From assembly GCA_963842525.1 (NCBI GenBank), contig CAWJGT010000003.1, forward strand, positions 1,088,001-1,152,000: a stretch of DNA of 64,000 nucleotides, written 5' to 3'. The translations under genes were made by a program, and so were the position numbers. This stretch comes from an uncultured Holophagales bacterium. Lineage in GTDB: Bacteria > Acidobacteriota > Thermoanaerobaculia > Multivoradales > UBA5704. Position 1 is the stretch's first letter, and every line of letters begins with the position of its first letter. Shown here piece by piece: positions 1 to 8,745 of the stretch. The notes below the pieces were generated by a model, which was not told the origin of the DNA, made no database searches, and saw only the letters and a program-made list of their open reading frames with translations.

Positions 1-1
1 C

Positions 2-1477
2 CGCGGCTCCCTCCTCCGCTGGCTCCCCTTCTGGGCCGCCTTCGCCGTGGCGCTGGCGGCCCGCTTGGCTCTCCTGGACGTCCGGCCGCTGCACCACGAC
101 GAAGGGGTCAACGCCTCGTTCCTGATGGCGCTGATCCAGGGACGGCTGTACGAGTACAACCCGACGAGCTACCACGGCCCCTTCCTCTACTACGTCGGGT
201 GGTGGCCCCTGCGGCTGCTCGGGACGAGCGAAGCCGCCCTGCGGCTCCCGGTCGCCGTCGTCTCCGCGCTGATGATCCCGCTGCTCCTGCCGCTGCGCCG
301 GCGCCTGGGCGTGGCGGGAGTGACCGGGGCCGGCTGGCTGCTCGCGGTGTCGCCGTTCTTCGTCTACTACGGCCGGGACCTGATCCACGAGACCTGGCTG
401 GCCTTCATGACCCTCGCCCTGGTGGTCGCCGCCGCGCGGTACCTGGAGTCGCGCCGGGAAGCGCACCTGCTCCTGGCCGCCGCCTGCCTGGGCCTCCTTT
501 TCACCGTCAAGGAGACGGCCATGCTGACCTTGGCCGGGCTGCTGGCCGCGGTGGTGGCGGCCCGGGCGTGGACCTCCGGCCGCCCGCGGTGGGAGGAGGT
601 CCGGGAGACTTTCGATCGCCGGCTCGTCGGCCTCGTGGTCCTCTGCGCCGCGATCCCCTACGTCCTCCTCTTCACCTCGTTCTTCACGCAACCGATGGGG
701 TTGTTCGACTCCTTCTGGGCGCTCGCCCTCTGGACCGGCAAGGGGATCGAGGGGGCCGGCGGCCATGCCAAGCCGTGGTTCTACTTCCTGAAGTGGCTTG
801 TGCGCCACGAGCCCGCGATGCTCGCCGGTGGACTGCTCGGGAGCGCGCTCGCCCTGCGCCGCCGTGACCCGTTCGGCGTCTTCTGTGCCTTCTGGTTCCT
901 GGGCCAGCTCGTGCTCTACTCGGCCATCCCCTACAAGACCCCTTGGCTGGCGCTCAACATCCTTCTTCCCGCCGCGCTGACCGCGGGTTTCCTCGTCCGG
1001 GAGGTCTGGGCGCAGCCCTCACAGGCCGTCCGAGCCAGCTTCCTGGTCATCTTCCTCCTGGGACTGGGATGGAGCGGCTGGCGCGCGGCCGAGGTCACGT
1101 TCCGGCGCTACGACGATTCCCGTCTGGAGATCCCCTACGTCCAGACCCAACGGGGGGCGATGGGTATCGTGACCCTGGTGCAAGAGGTGGCGGGGCTCGC
1201 CCCGGCCGGCCGCGACCTCACCCTCCACGCCCTCCTCCCGTACCGCTGGCCCCTCCCCTGGTATCTCCGCGACCTCACGAAGGCCCGGTACTGGAGGAAC
1301 TTCCAGGACATCCCCCGCGACCTCGATTTCGACGCCGACATCCTTCTCGTCGATCCCAAGCAGGAAGCACGCCTGCGTCCCCGCCTGAGCGACACCTACC
1401 GCCGCCATGCCTTCCCCTTCCTCCCGGCCCAGCGGGTGGTGGTGTATGTGAACGAGCGGGTGGGGAAGGCTCGCTAG
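2..1477 (+). CDS. GT-C/ArnT-PMT-like membrane glycosyltransferase (TIGR03663/Agl23-like), 5'-partial
   Basis: Polytopic membrane protein with LHHDEGVN, YHGP, KET and YKTPW motifs; frame is open back to the window edge (RGSLLRWLPFWAAFAV...). Confidence 0.75.
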   Translation, partial: RGSLLRWLPFWAAFAVALAARLALLDVRPLHHDEGVNASFLMALIQGRLYEYNPTSYHGPFLYYVGWWPLRLLGTSEAALRLPVAVVSALMIPLLLPLRRRLGVAGVTGAGWLLAVSPFFVYYGRDLIHETWLAFMTLALVVAAARYLESRREAHLLLAAACLGLLFTVKETAMLTLAGLLAAVVAARAWTSGRPRWEEVRETFDRRLVGLVVLCAAIPYVLLFTSFFTQPMGLFDSFWALALWTGKGIEGAGGHAKPWFYFLKWLVRHEPAMLAGGLLGSALALRRRDPFGVFCAFWFLGQLVLYSAIPYKTPWLALNILLPAALTAGFLVREVWAQPSQAVRASFLVIFLLGLGWSGWRAAEVTFRRYDDSRLEIPYVQTQRGAMGIVTLVQEVAGLAPAGRDLTLHALLPYRWPLPWYLRDLTKARYWRNFQDIPRDLDFDADILLVDPKQEARLRPRLSDTYRRHAFPFLPAQRVVVYVNERVGKAR

Positions 1478-1610
1478 GCGCCCTCCGGCTTGGGCAGCGT
1501 GTAGCGCGCCTCCTGGTGGGACCTACGCGATCTGCAACGAGTGCGGGCGGCGGTGGCTTCTGCGCACGATCGGGGGCTACCCGCAGGACGAGGAGACCAT
1601 CCGCGAGGAT

Positions 1611-2690
1611 GTGACCGGCAACGCGGAGGCCGACGAGCTCTTCGTCATGGACCCCACGACCGAGCTCTCTCTGGCCGCCCAACGCGAAGACCGCGAGGCG
1701 GTGCGCGCGATCCTCGACGCCGGTGCTCCGATCGAGCAGCGCTCCCACATCTGGGAGCTGCCCTCCACCCCGTCCCGCCTCCGTCCCCTCGTGGCCGAGG
1801 GAACCGCGCTGATGGCCGCCGTGTACTTCGCCCGGGAGGAATGCATTCAGCTCCTTCTCGATCGCGGCGCCGACCCCAATGCGAGGTCGCGCGACGGTTA
1901 CTGCCAGACGCCGCTCAACATCGCCGTTCGGCTCGGCTCCACCGGGGGCTACACGAGCTGGGCTCCCACCCTGGCCATCGATCTGCCGCCCCAGTTGGCG
2001 GTGAAGCCGCCGGAAGGCGCCGGTCTGCGCATCGTCGAGATGCTCCTCGGCAAAGGCGCCGACCCCCATGCCGACAATGCCCGGGCGCTCTACATCGCAA
2101 CGGGACGGAAGCACACCGGCCTCATCCGCCTCCTGCAGCGTGCGGCCCCTGCTCCCGCTGCCGGGCTCGCCGACGCCCTCCGGCAGGCCCTCAGCCACGG
2201 GGACCGGGAAACTGCGCGCGAGCTGTTGGCCCAGGGCGCCGACGTCAACTCCCCTGACGTTGTGGGACGGACGGCGCTCTTCGCGGCGGTGAACGACGTC
2301 TACGTCTTAGGCGACAAGGGGACGCCGTTCCGAGAACACACCGACCACCGAAAGGAGCTGGCGGAGCTCGTGCTGGCCCATGGTGCGGACGTCAACGCGA
2401 GCACCCGCGAGGGCCTGACGCCGCTCTTGCAGGCCGCCTGGGGAAAGGACGCGGCCGCCGTGCTCGAGCTGTTGATCGCCCACGGAGCCGACGTGAACGC
2501 CGTCAACAAGCACGGCGAGACCGCGCTCATCAAGGCGGCCTGGAGCGGATGCGTCGAGAACCTCGAGGTGCTGCTCGAGAACGGCGCGGACCCGGAGGTC
2601 CGAGACACCTGGGGACAGACGGCGCTCGACGTCGCGGAACGCTTCCCGCGCCGCGCGGCCGCCGCCTTCTTGCGCTCGCGAAAGACCTGA
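1611..2690 (+). CDS. Ankyrin-repeat protein
   Basis: Repeated G-x-T-[AP]-L...LLxxGAD[PV]N units; AGGAG upstream. Confidence 0.9.
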   Translation: MTGNAEADELFVMDPTTELSLAAQREDREAVRAILDAGAPIEQRSHIWELPSTPSRLRPLVAEGTALMAAVYFAREECIQLLLDRGADPNARSRDGYCQTPLNIAVRLGSTGGYTSWAPTLAIDLPPQLAVKPPEGAGLRIVEMLLGKGADPHADNARALYIATGRKHTGLIRLLQRAAPAPAAGLADALRQALSHGDRETARELLAQGADVNSPDVVGRTALFAAVNDVYVLGDKGTPFREHTDHRKELAELVLAHGADVNASTREGLTPLLQAAWGKDAAAVLELLIAHGADVNAVNKHGETALIKAAWSGCVENLEVLLENGADPEVRDTWGQTALDVAERFPRRAAAAFLRSRKT

Positions 2691-2807
2691 CACCTATTCC
2701 CGGCGGCGGGTGGGGGCTTCACCATCGGAGAAAGAGGGTTGCACCTATCCCGGGGCGGTTTCCTGAGGCGGGGATCGATGACAAAGGCCGCGGTCTTTAC
2801 AACTTGT

Positions 2808-3044
2808 CTACAACTTGTCGTACTCCTCGGGCTCGACGTCGGGTAGACTTGTGAGGGCGGCCTCGAACTTCTCGCGGCTGCCGCGCTTCGCGCGCTTCTC
2901 CAGATAATCAACGGTCATCAGGGCTGCGAGCTTCTCGGCCGCTGCGGTACTGATAAACTGATTGATCGAGATGCCTTCCTCGCTTGCCAATCTCCGGATC
3001 TGCTTGTGGAGAGAATCCGGTAGCCTGAGGCTAATGGTGCTCAT
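2808..3044 (-). CDS. RHH (HicB/YlcI-like) antitoxin
   Basis: MSTISLRLPDSLHKQIRRLASEEGISINQFI ribbon-helix-helix; ATGA overlap with the upstream PIN remnant. Confidence 0.85.
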   Translation of the reverse strand: MSTISLRLPDSLHKQIRRLASEEGISINQFISTAAAEKLAALMTVDYLEKRAKRGSREKFEAALTSLPDVEPEEYDKL

Positions 3045-3148
3045 GGTAACTCTCCTAAGACTTCAAGGAATTCCTTGGGTGTGCTGATTGTCAGATTGAA
3101 ACCCTCTACCCCTGCAAAGTCTCTCTTGTTGTACGAAATGATCGCGAT
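3041..3148 (-). pseudogene. C-terminal remnant of a PIN-family toxin
   Basis: Manual translation IAIISYNKRDFAGVEGFNLTISTPKEFLEVLGELP* resembles PIN toxin C-termini; in-frame stop just upstream, no start codon. Confidence 0.75.
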
Positions 3149-3149
3149 T

Positions 3150-3250
3150 GAGTCTCAAGCAACCAGACATATTTTGCAAAGCTCATGAACCGCCACACCT
3201 TCGCATGTTGATCCTCTGGAGGCTTGAAGTCTTTCAAGATGCTTCCGTAT
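3150..3250 (-). pseudogene. N-terminal fragment of a DUF2971-like gene
   Basis: FKPPEDQHAKVWRFMSFAKYVWLLETQS resembles the KIWRYMDFxKFxxLL start of this family and breaks off into the PIN remnant. Confidence 0.4.
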
Positions 3251-3516
3251 ATGGGTGGGTGTCTCACAATTTGACTCCAAGAAGACTGCTGGCAGAGAGG
3301 CCTGCCCGTAACCGAATCTGCCCGTTGCACCCCTACTCGAGACTCACCTGGTCGGTGCACTACCTCATTGATGCGGGATTACTCTACGCCAGCATCGTAC
3401 CCGCGGCAACATACGGAAGAGCTGCGGTAGGTACTCCCGAGGAGAGCGCCGATCGTTTCGAGGGGCCGAGGGGCTTCTCCGCGACCGCAGCGGCTACGTG
3501 GGGAGTATGCGGGACT

Positions 3517-3857
3517 TTATCTGACGGCTTCAACCTTGGCTCGTAGGCGCCGGGTGAGGTCTTCGTTGAGGCGGGTCAGGGCTTCGAGCTTGGCCTGCAT
3601 TTGGGCTTCCAGGGCGGCTAGCTCGGCTTTGTGGCGGCGCTCTCGCTTCTCGGCGAGGGCCTGGAGGGCTTCTCTTTCGCGCTGGTAGGCCTCTTGGCGG
3701 AGGCGTGGCCCTCCTCCAGGATCCGCACGTCGAGCTGGAGCTGTTCCTGGCGCTTGTCCTGGCGGCGCTGGAGCCAGCGGCGGAGGACCTCCAGGAAGGC
3801 GGCGCTGCCGCCGAGGGCGGCCAGGCCGGTGATGACTCGGTCGACGAGCTCGCTCAT
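3517..3857 (-). CDS. Small TM plus coiled-coil protein (phage-like), frameshifted near 3708
   Basis: MSELVDRVITGLAALGGSAAFLEVLRRWLQRR... continues in another frame as RLRQEAYQREREALQALAEKRERRHKAELAALEAQMQAKLEALTRLNEDLTRRLRAKVEAVR*. Confidence 0.5.
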
Positions 3858-4137
3858 GCGCGAGATGCGGGCAATCTTCAGACGATAGCCAGGGGTGAGG
3901 GAGAGATGGAGTTGCATCAGGGCTTCCTGCAGAGGAGATAGGCGTCCGCCTGGGAGGGGGCCTCGGAGGTGGAGGACGACGGTGTCGGATGCGCAGGTGC
4001 GGCGGTCCTGGAGGTCGATCACCGTGTCGGCGTCGGTGGTAGTGATCCAGAGGGGACCGAGGGCGGTGGTCTTGGGGGCGGGGCGGTGGGGGCGGCGAGC
4101 TCCCAGGCGGCGAGGAAGAGGCACCTATTCCCGCAGG

Positions 4138-5145
4138 TTACTCTTCAACCAGCATGTCGAGTTTCTGCAGCACCTCTCGTAGCGGTTCAGAGGTTCCACT
4201 CAATTTTGGAAATAGTACTCCAAGTGCGAGGGAAAAGCTGTCGATGGACCATTCCCCAAGGATCTCCTCAAACTGAGGCTGAAGCATGGGGTCTGGAATA
4301 TAGAGCATACCTTGCGGCCGATAACTTGGAAGCTCAATGCCAAACTCTCGAAGATTTACTCTGACTCTTTCCCATCGCTTCTCATACGAGTCGTCGCCGG
4401 TAGTTATCTCGCCCTTTGGATGGTGCAGAGGCGGCATGAGAATGAGCGTCTTGGACCAATATGCTTTCGCTATGGCCAGCAACTCTGCGGCGACTCCTTC
4501 GGTTTCCTCGGGGATGACCACGAGAGCGCTCGCTGCATACGCCACCTTCTCGAATACACCTCGCCAATTGTGATCTCCGCAGGGCAAGGGAAGCAAGTTT
4601 AGATCACAGATTTGATCGTCCGAAAAGGGTCTATCGCCGAGAAGCACTGGCATGCCATAAAGCCCCAGAGGCTCTATAATCTGTGCAAGCATCAGCTCGC
4701 CGCCAGCTGAGACCTGAAGCCCAGAAAGGCCTTCTTGTATATAAGTACTGCCTCGCGGCGAAAGAAGAAGATCTGTCTTCGAGAACGAACGTAACAACAG
4801 AATCGGTGGTCTTTTGTCAGTGCGAGCCATGAGCAAGATCAGGCGATCGTGTTTTTGCCTCAGGTGAGGCTCAATTGGTTCGCGGAGAAACTCTTGGGCT
4901 ACCTGGAAGATCCATAACGCGCTCAACCCTCCTTGAAATAGCAGGAAGGCTCGAAGGAACCAAGGCATCTCCCAGAAACAATTTGGATTCATGACGAAGA
5001 TGGAACCCATCGCTAGGGTAGCAATTAACGCGAAACAACCATAGTTTAAGGCGTTATGTCTTTCGTCACGCTCTTTACGTAAGTCGGCGCACTCCTTCTG
5101 TAACTGTCTTATCTCCTCTTCAATATTGGATATCTGTTGAGTCAT
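4138..5145 (-). CDS. Hypothetical membrane protein (2 TM, LLLRSF-type cytoplasmic domain)
   Basis: 335-aa ORF in a lower-GC segment; N-terminal coiled coil, two hydrophobic helices, PILLLRSF motif. Confidence 0.7.
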   Translation of the reverse strand: MTQQISNIEEEIRQLQKECADLRKERDERHNALNYGCFALIATLAMGSIFVMNPNCFWEMPWFLRAFLLFQGGLSALWIFQVAQEFLREPIEPHLRQKHDRLILLMARTDKRPPILLLRSFSKTDLLLSPRGSTYIQEGLSGLQVSAGGELMLAQIIEPLGLYGMPVLLGDRPFSDDQICDLNLLPLPCGDHNWRGVFEKVAYAASALVVIPEETEGVAAELLAIAKAYWSKTLILMPPLHHPKGEITTGDDSYEKRWERVRVNLREFGIELPSYRPQGMLYIPDPMLQPQFEEILGEWSIDSFSLALGVLFPKLSGTSEPLREVLQKLDMLVEE

Positions 5146-5340
5146 CGCTCCGCTCGTCTAAGAAGATATGGTGCAGACACTCCAATCTGCACTGCTGCCC
5201 TACCCCGCCGGGAGAGGGGGAACGCCCTCTCAGGTGAGGAGGGTGGCACCTTGTCCGGAGGAGTGGCCGAGGGGGCGAAGAGCCCACTGGCGGGTGGGGG
5301 GCTCCACCGTCGGTCTTCCCCTACGGCATGTACGTTTATT

Positions 5341-5529
5341 CTAGCTGGTGCGGTAGTTCACGGGAACTGCTCTTCTTATCGTCTTCTTATCGCGTACTTC
5401 CAGGAAGAATGAACTCGGCCCGACTTTGGCGCCGGCTTTCAGATCACCCTTTAGATGAAGAGCAATACGAATCAGACGATAGATGAGTGCGATCGCAACT
5501 ACACACACTAATGCTGTCAGGGCATCCAT
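5341..5529 (-). CDS. Small single-TM hypothetical protein
   Basis: Hydrophobic N-terminus, 12 bp downstream of the 5541-5987 gene, GAGG upstream. Confidence 0.5.
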   Translation of the reverse strand: MDALTALVCVVAIALIYRLIRIALHLKGDLKAGAKVGPSSFFLEVRDKKTIRRAVPVNYRTS

Positions 5530-5540
5530 ACAGGTTACCT

Positions 5541-5987
5541 CTAACCTTCTGTAGTTGCAGCTAACGCAGAAATAGTTTCGGCGAGTTTACGCGCAGTTTC
5601 AGTCTTCCTTTGGAGGTCCTCTGCGACGTTGTTTGCCTCCTTCACGAGGTGTTCGAGCAGATCCGGAATGTGGTCCAGCGCTTCGAGTCGCATCGAGCGC
5701 GGCGCGTCGTTGAAGAGCCACTCCTCGTAATTATCTACGTCGGCAAAGTCGTATCCTGAGCCTGTGGAAAGTGCCAAACCCCATTTGCCACCCATCTTGG
5801 CGTAACCGATACGGCGGTACGAGTAGTAGCCGTCCGAATCGGATTTCTCGGAACCGACATATGTGTACCACGCAACGACGCCGAGATTCAGCTTTTTAAG
5901 CGCGACATCAATGGGGCGGATTGTCTTGCCAAGTTCGTCGGAACACGAGTTGAGGCGTGCCGCAGAGTCGGCGAGGTCTTTGAACAA
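5541..5987 (-). CDS. Hypothetical protein; true start may be ~6032 with a frameshift
   Basis: Natural-looking protein (KKLNLGVVAW, RRIGYAK, WLFNDAPR); TTG start is weak. Confidence 0.65.
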   Translation of the reverse strand: MFKDLADSAARLNSCSDELGKTIRPIDVALKKLNLGVVAWYTYVGSEKSDSDGYYSYRRIGYAKMGGKWGLALSTGSGYDFADVDNYEEWLFNDAPRSMRLEALDHIPDLLEHLVKEANNVAEDLQRKTETARKLAETISALAATTEG

Positions 5988-6327
5988 CGAAGGTGATAAT
6001 CCGCGTCACGCGGTGCCGACATTCCCAGGTTTCCACCAGGTGCTGGCCTATTACCAGCAGTCAGCTTGGTGACAATCGTACAGCAGTTAGGCGTGGATGT
6101 CAAGTGGATCGCCAAGCCTCTTCTGCACTCTTCGACTCCGACCGAGGCGTGACGAAAGGCCCCGCTGCTGGCGGCGCTTGCCACCCTGAGCCAGGCTCTG
6201 CCGGACTACGAAGATCGGCGCGACGTGCTCCGCAAGCTCGGAGCGCGGCTGGTGTGGTGATCCGGTCTACGAGACGAGACGTCGACGCTTCCAGTCGGAG
6301 GATTGAGCCCGGCGCGCCCGGAGGTCG

Positions 6328-6669
6328 TCAGGCCGCCTTCAGCATGAAGTTAACGTGCACGGCGTCATACGGGAAGACGATTCGACCGTCCTCGGTCTTT
6401 TGAAGGATTCCCGCGTTGAGCAGGGTATGGGCATCGCCGTGCACTGCCTTGACGTCCCGTCCTACCCGCCGGGCCGCTTCACGGAGCGTCACCGGCCCGG
6501 CGCCGGTCAGCACCGACAGCAGCTCCAACCGCTTTTGAGTCAGCACCTTGAATAAAAGTGCCGGCGTCTCGAAACTGAAGAATTCTCCCTGCGGCTGGCC
6601 CTCGAAGGCGCGGAGCAGGCGGCGGTTGGTCTCTTTCCGGGATGAGACCTCCAAAGTGACGATGCGCAT
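6328..6669 (-). CDS. HVO_A0114-like HTH protein (putative antitoxin), orphan
   Basis: FETPALLFKVLTQKRLELL...TLREAARRVGRDVKAVHGDAHTL...VFPYDAVHV. Confidence 0.8.
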   Translation of the reverse strand: MRIVTLEVSSRKETNRRLLRAFEGQPQGEFFSFETPALLFKVLTQKRLELLSVLTGAGPVTLREAARRVGRDVKAVHGDAHTLLNAGILQKTEDGRIVFPYDAVHVNFMLKAA

Positions 6670-6797
6670 TTCAGGGTCTCCAGAAGAAAAAAGCGTGGGA
6701 GTCGATGCACCCCTTGCCGCCTGGTCGGAGACCATGGTAACTTATCTTGCATTGTCGGAACGACCGGCAGCCGGGATGAGGAGATCCTGTTCCTCTT

Positions 6798-7115
6798 GTG
6801 AAGATAGAGAACATCTTCGAAGCGATTCGCGCCGACCGGGTGCGGATCTCGGATCATGCGGACGAGGAAGCTCGGCAAGACCGGCTCTCGGTCGATGAGA
6901 TCCTCTTCAGTGTCGGGAAGGGCGAGATCATCGAAGAATATGATGATGACAAGCCGTATCCCAGTTGCCTTCTCTATGGAACGACGCCGGCGGGCGATCC
7001 TGTGCATACCTTCTGGGCGTACAATCAGGACAACGGATGGGTGGTGCTCGTGACGGTCTACCGGCCCGACCCCACCCGGTGGATCCAGTGGCGTACCAGA
7101 AGGCCCAAGACATGA
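6798..7115 (+). CDS. DUF4258 domain protein (RelE-like putative toxin)
   Basis: SDHADEE, GEIIEEYDDDKPYPSCLLYG, VTVYRPDPTRW. Confidence 0.85.
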   Translation: MKIENIFEAIRADRVRISDHADEEARQDRLSVDEILFSVGKGEIIEEYDDDKPYPSCLLYGTTPAGDPVHTFWAYNQDNGWVVLVTVYRPDPTRWIQWRTRRPKT

Positions 7116-7354
7116 TTCCTTTCAGCAACTGCCCGATCTGCGGCGGCGAAATGGTCGAGAAGACTGTCGAGAAGCTCCTCCGCGGAGGAGCCCACACCGC
7201 CATCCTCAACGTCCACGCCGAAGTCTGCCTTCGCTGTGGCGAGCATCTCTACTCCCGGGAGACGGTGAAGCGCTTCGAGGAGATCCGCTCGAAGCTGGAG
7301 CGTCAGGAAGTGGGGGAGTTCGAGCCTTTGGGACGATCTTTCAAGGTCGCCTGA
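7112..7354 (+). CDS. YgiT-type zinc finger (MqsA-like antitoxin)
   Basis: CPICGG...VCLRCGE; ATGA overlap with DUF4258. Confidence 0.85.
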   Translation: MIPFSNCPICGGEMVEKTVEKLLRGGAHTAILNVHAEVCLRCGEHLYSRETVKRFEEIRSKLERQEVGEFEPLGRSFKVA

Positions 7355-7851
7355 GGTCCAGGGGACTCATCTCCGTCCGCGAAGATCCCGGCGGATCGGC
7401 TGGCACCTCTCTAGCGTCCGGCAAGCCCCCTCTCCAGCCACCGAAGCCCGCCGAAACGTGACCCGGGCAAGAGGGAAAGCTCACGTCCTGCCCCCATCGT
7501 GGCATAATCTGCCTCGTATTGGTCCTTGAAGATTTTTTGAAGTAGTTTCCGACGGCTCACCTGGTATCCAGCGCTAGGTGGCCCGAGGACTGATGCCGGC
7601 GAGGAAGAGGCTGGCAGCTATCTCGGGGCGTGGCGGTAAAGCCTCAACTGCCCGCCTGGATGCGGGGGAGTGGCCCCCGACCGCGTGCGCCGTAGAGACG
7701 AAGGAGAGGATGTCTCCTGGGAGGATGCGCGCATGAGCCCAGACTAGATCTCTGGTATGATTGCGGCCATGGACGAAAAACGCGCGGTTTTCAGCGTCAA
7801 GGCTCCCGGTTCTCCGCGCTCCGTCGTGGCTCTTTGTTCGCCGGGGCCTTG

Positions 7852-7976
7852 ATGTTCAATTGGGACCCACGAAAGGCAGTTGCCAATGTCGCCAAACACG
7901 GAGTGTCTTTTGAGGAGGCCGCGCGCGGGAAGCAACACGGCAGGAGCGCAGAGACTATGAAGAAGGACGGTTTTGA
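7852..7976 (+). pseudogene. brnT: BrnT toxin with an internal deletion
   Basis: MFNWDPRKAVANVAKHGVSFEEAA joined out of frame to AREATRQERRDYEEGRF*; central part missing. Confidence 0.8.
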
Positions 7977-8181
7977 AAACCAGGTTGATGACGATGAGAT
8001 CCTACCGGAGTACGATTTTAGTCATGCTCGACCGAACAAGTATGCGAGCCGCTACCTTGCGGGCAGCAACGTCGTGGTTCTCGATCCGGACGTAGCTGCA
8101 GTGTTCCCGAGCGCAGGGGAGGTGAACGAGGCGCTACGCGCTCTTGCGGGCATCATCCGAAAGCACGGGCAACACCCGTGA
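7957..8181 (+). CDS. BrnA-like antitoxin
   Basis: DEILPEYDFS...VVVLDPDVAAVFPSAGEVNEALRAL; overlaps the BrnT end. Confidence 0.8.
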   Translation: MKKDGFENQVDDDEILPEYDFSHARPNKYASRYLAGSNVVVLDPDVAAVFPSAGEVNEALRALAGIIRKHGQHP

Positions 8182-8442
8182 GCGCGCGCTCATCGTGCAG
8201 GTGAAGCCGTAGGAGGCAATTGAAAGTGGGGGAGCTTGAGCCTTTGGGACGATCGAGATGCTCACTGACGCCCCTACCCTGCTAGAATCGATGGCCGGCG
8301 TGCGCAGGATTGATCTGGCGGGGCTAGAGGAGTCAGCCGATCCCTGCGCTCAGTCATTTGTTTTTTTCCTGAAGGATATGCCGACGGCTCACTGGCATCC
8401 GCCAAGTGGCCCGAGGACTGATGCCACCTGGCGAGGCGAATC

Positions 8443-8625
8443 ATGAAGAAAAAGATGCGTACGTTTGCAGCAGAGGTGAGCTACAAAGACTCCATCGGTA
8501 CGAGCTGCGAAGAGACGTTTCCTGTGACCGTGGACGACTACGATACGGCGAAAGATCTTGCCGTTCGCTATGCCGTCGAGGTGCTCAAGCTCCAGGACTT
8601 TGAGCTGCGGATCGTAGGCGCTTAA
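8443..8625 (+). CDS. Small hypothetical protein (60 aa)
   Basis: ATG with GAGG upstream, globular-looking sequence. Confidence 0.6.
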   Translation: MKKKMRTFAAEVSYKDSIGTSCEETFPVTVDDYDTAKDLAVRYAVEVLKLQDFELRIVGA

Positions 8626-8745
8626 TTCAGGCCGCGCTACGAAGGGGGCTCCGCTGGGAGCGCCGGCATCCTTGCCGGCCTCCTGGCTTTGCCATGGTTG
8701 GCCTGCCATAATCTCCGCAGCGCATCGTTGAATAGGAGAGGGTCT

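Noticed and set aside
7834-8181. 115-aa BrnT-BrnA fusion protein
   Set aside because: A by-product of the BrnT deletion placing its N-terminus in the BrnA frame; BrnA has its own ATG
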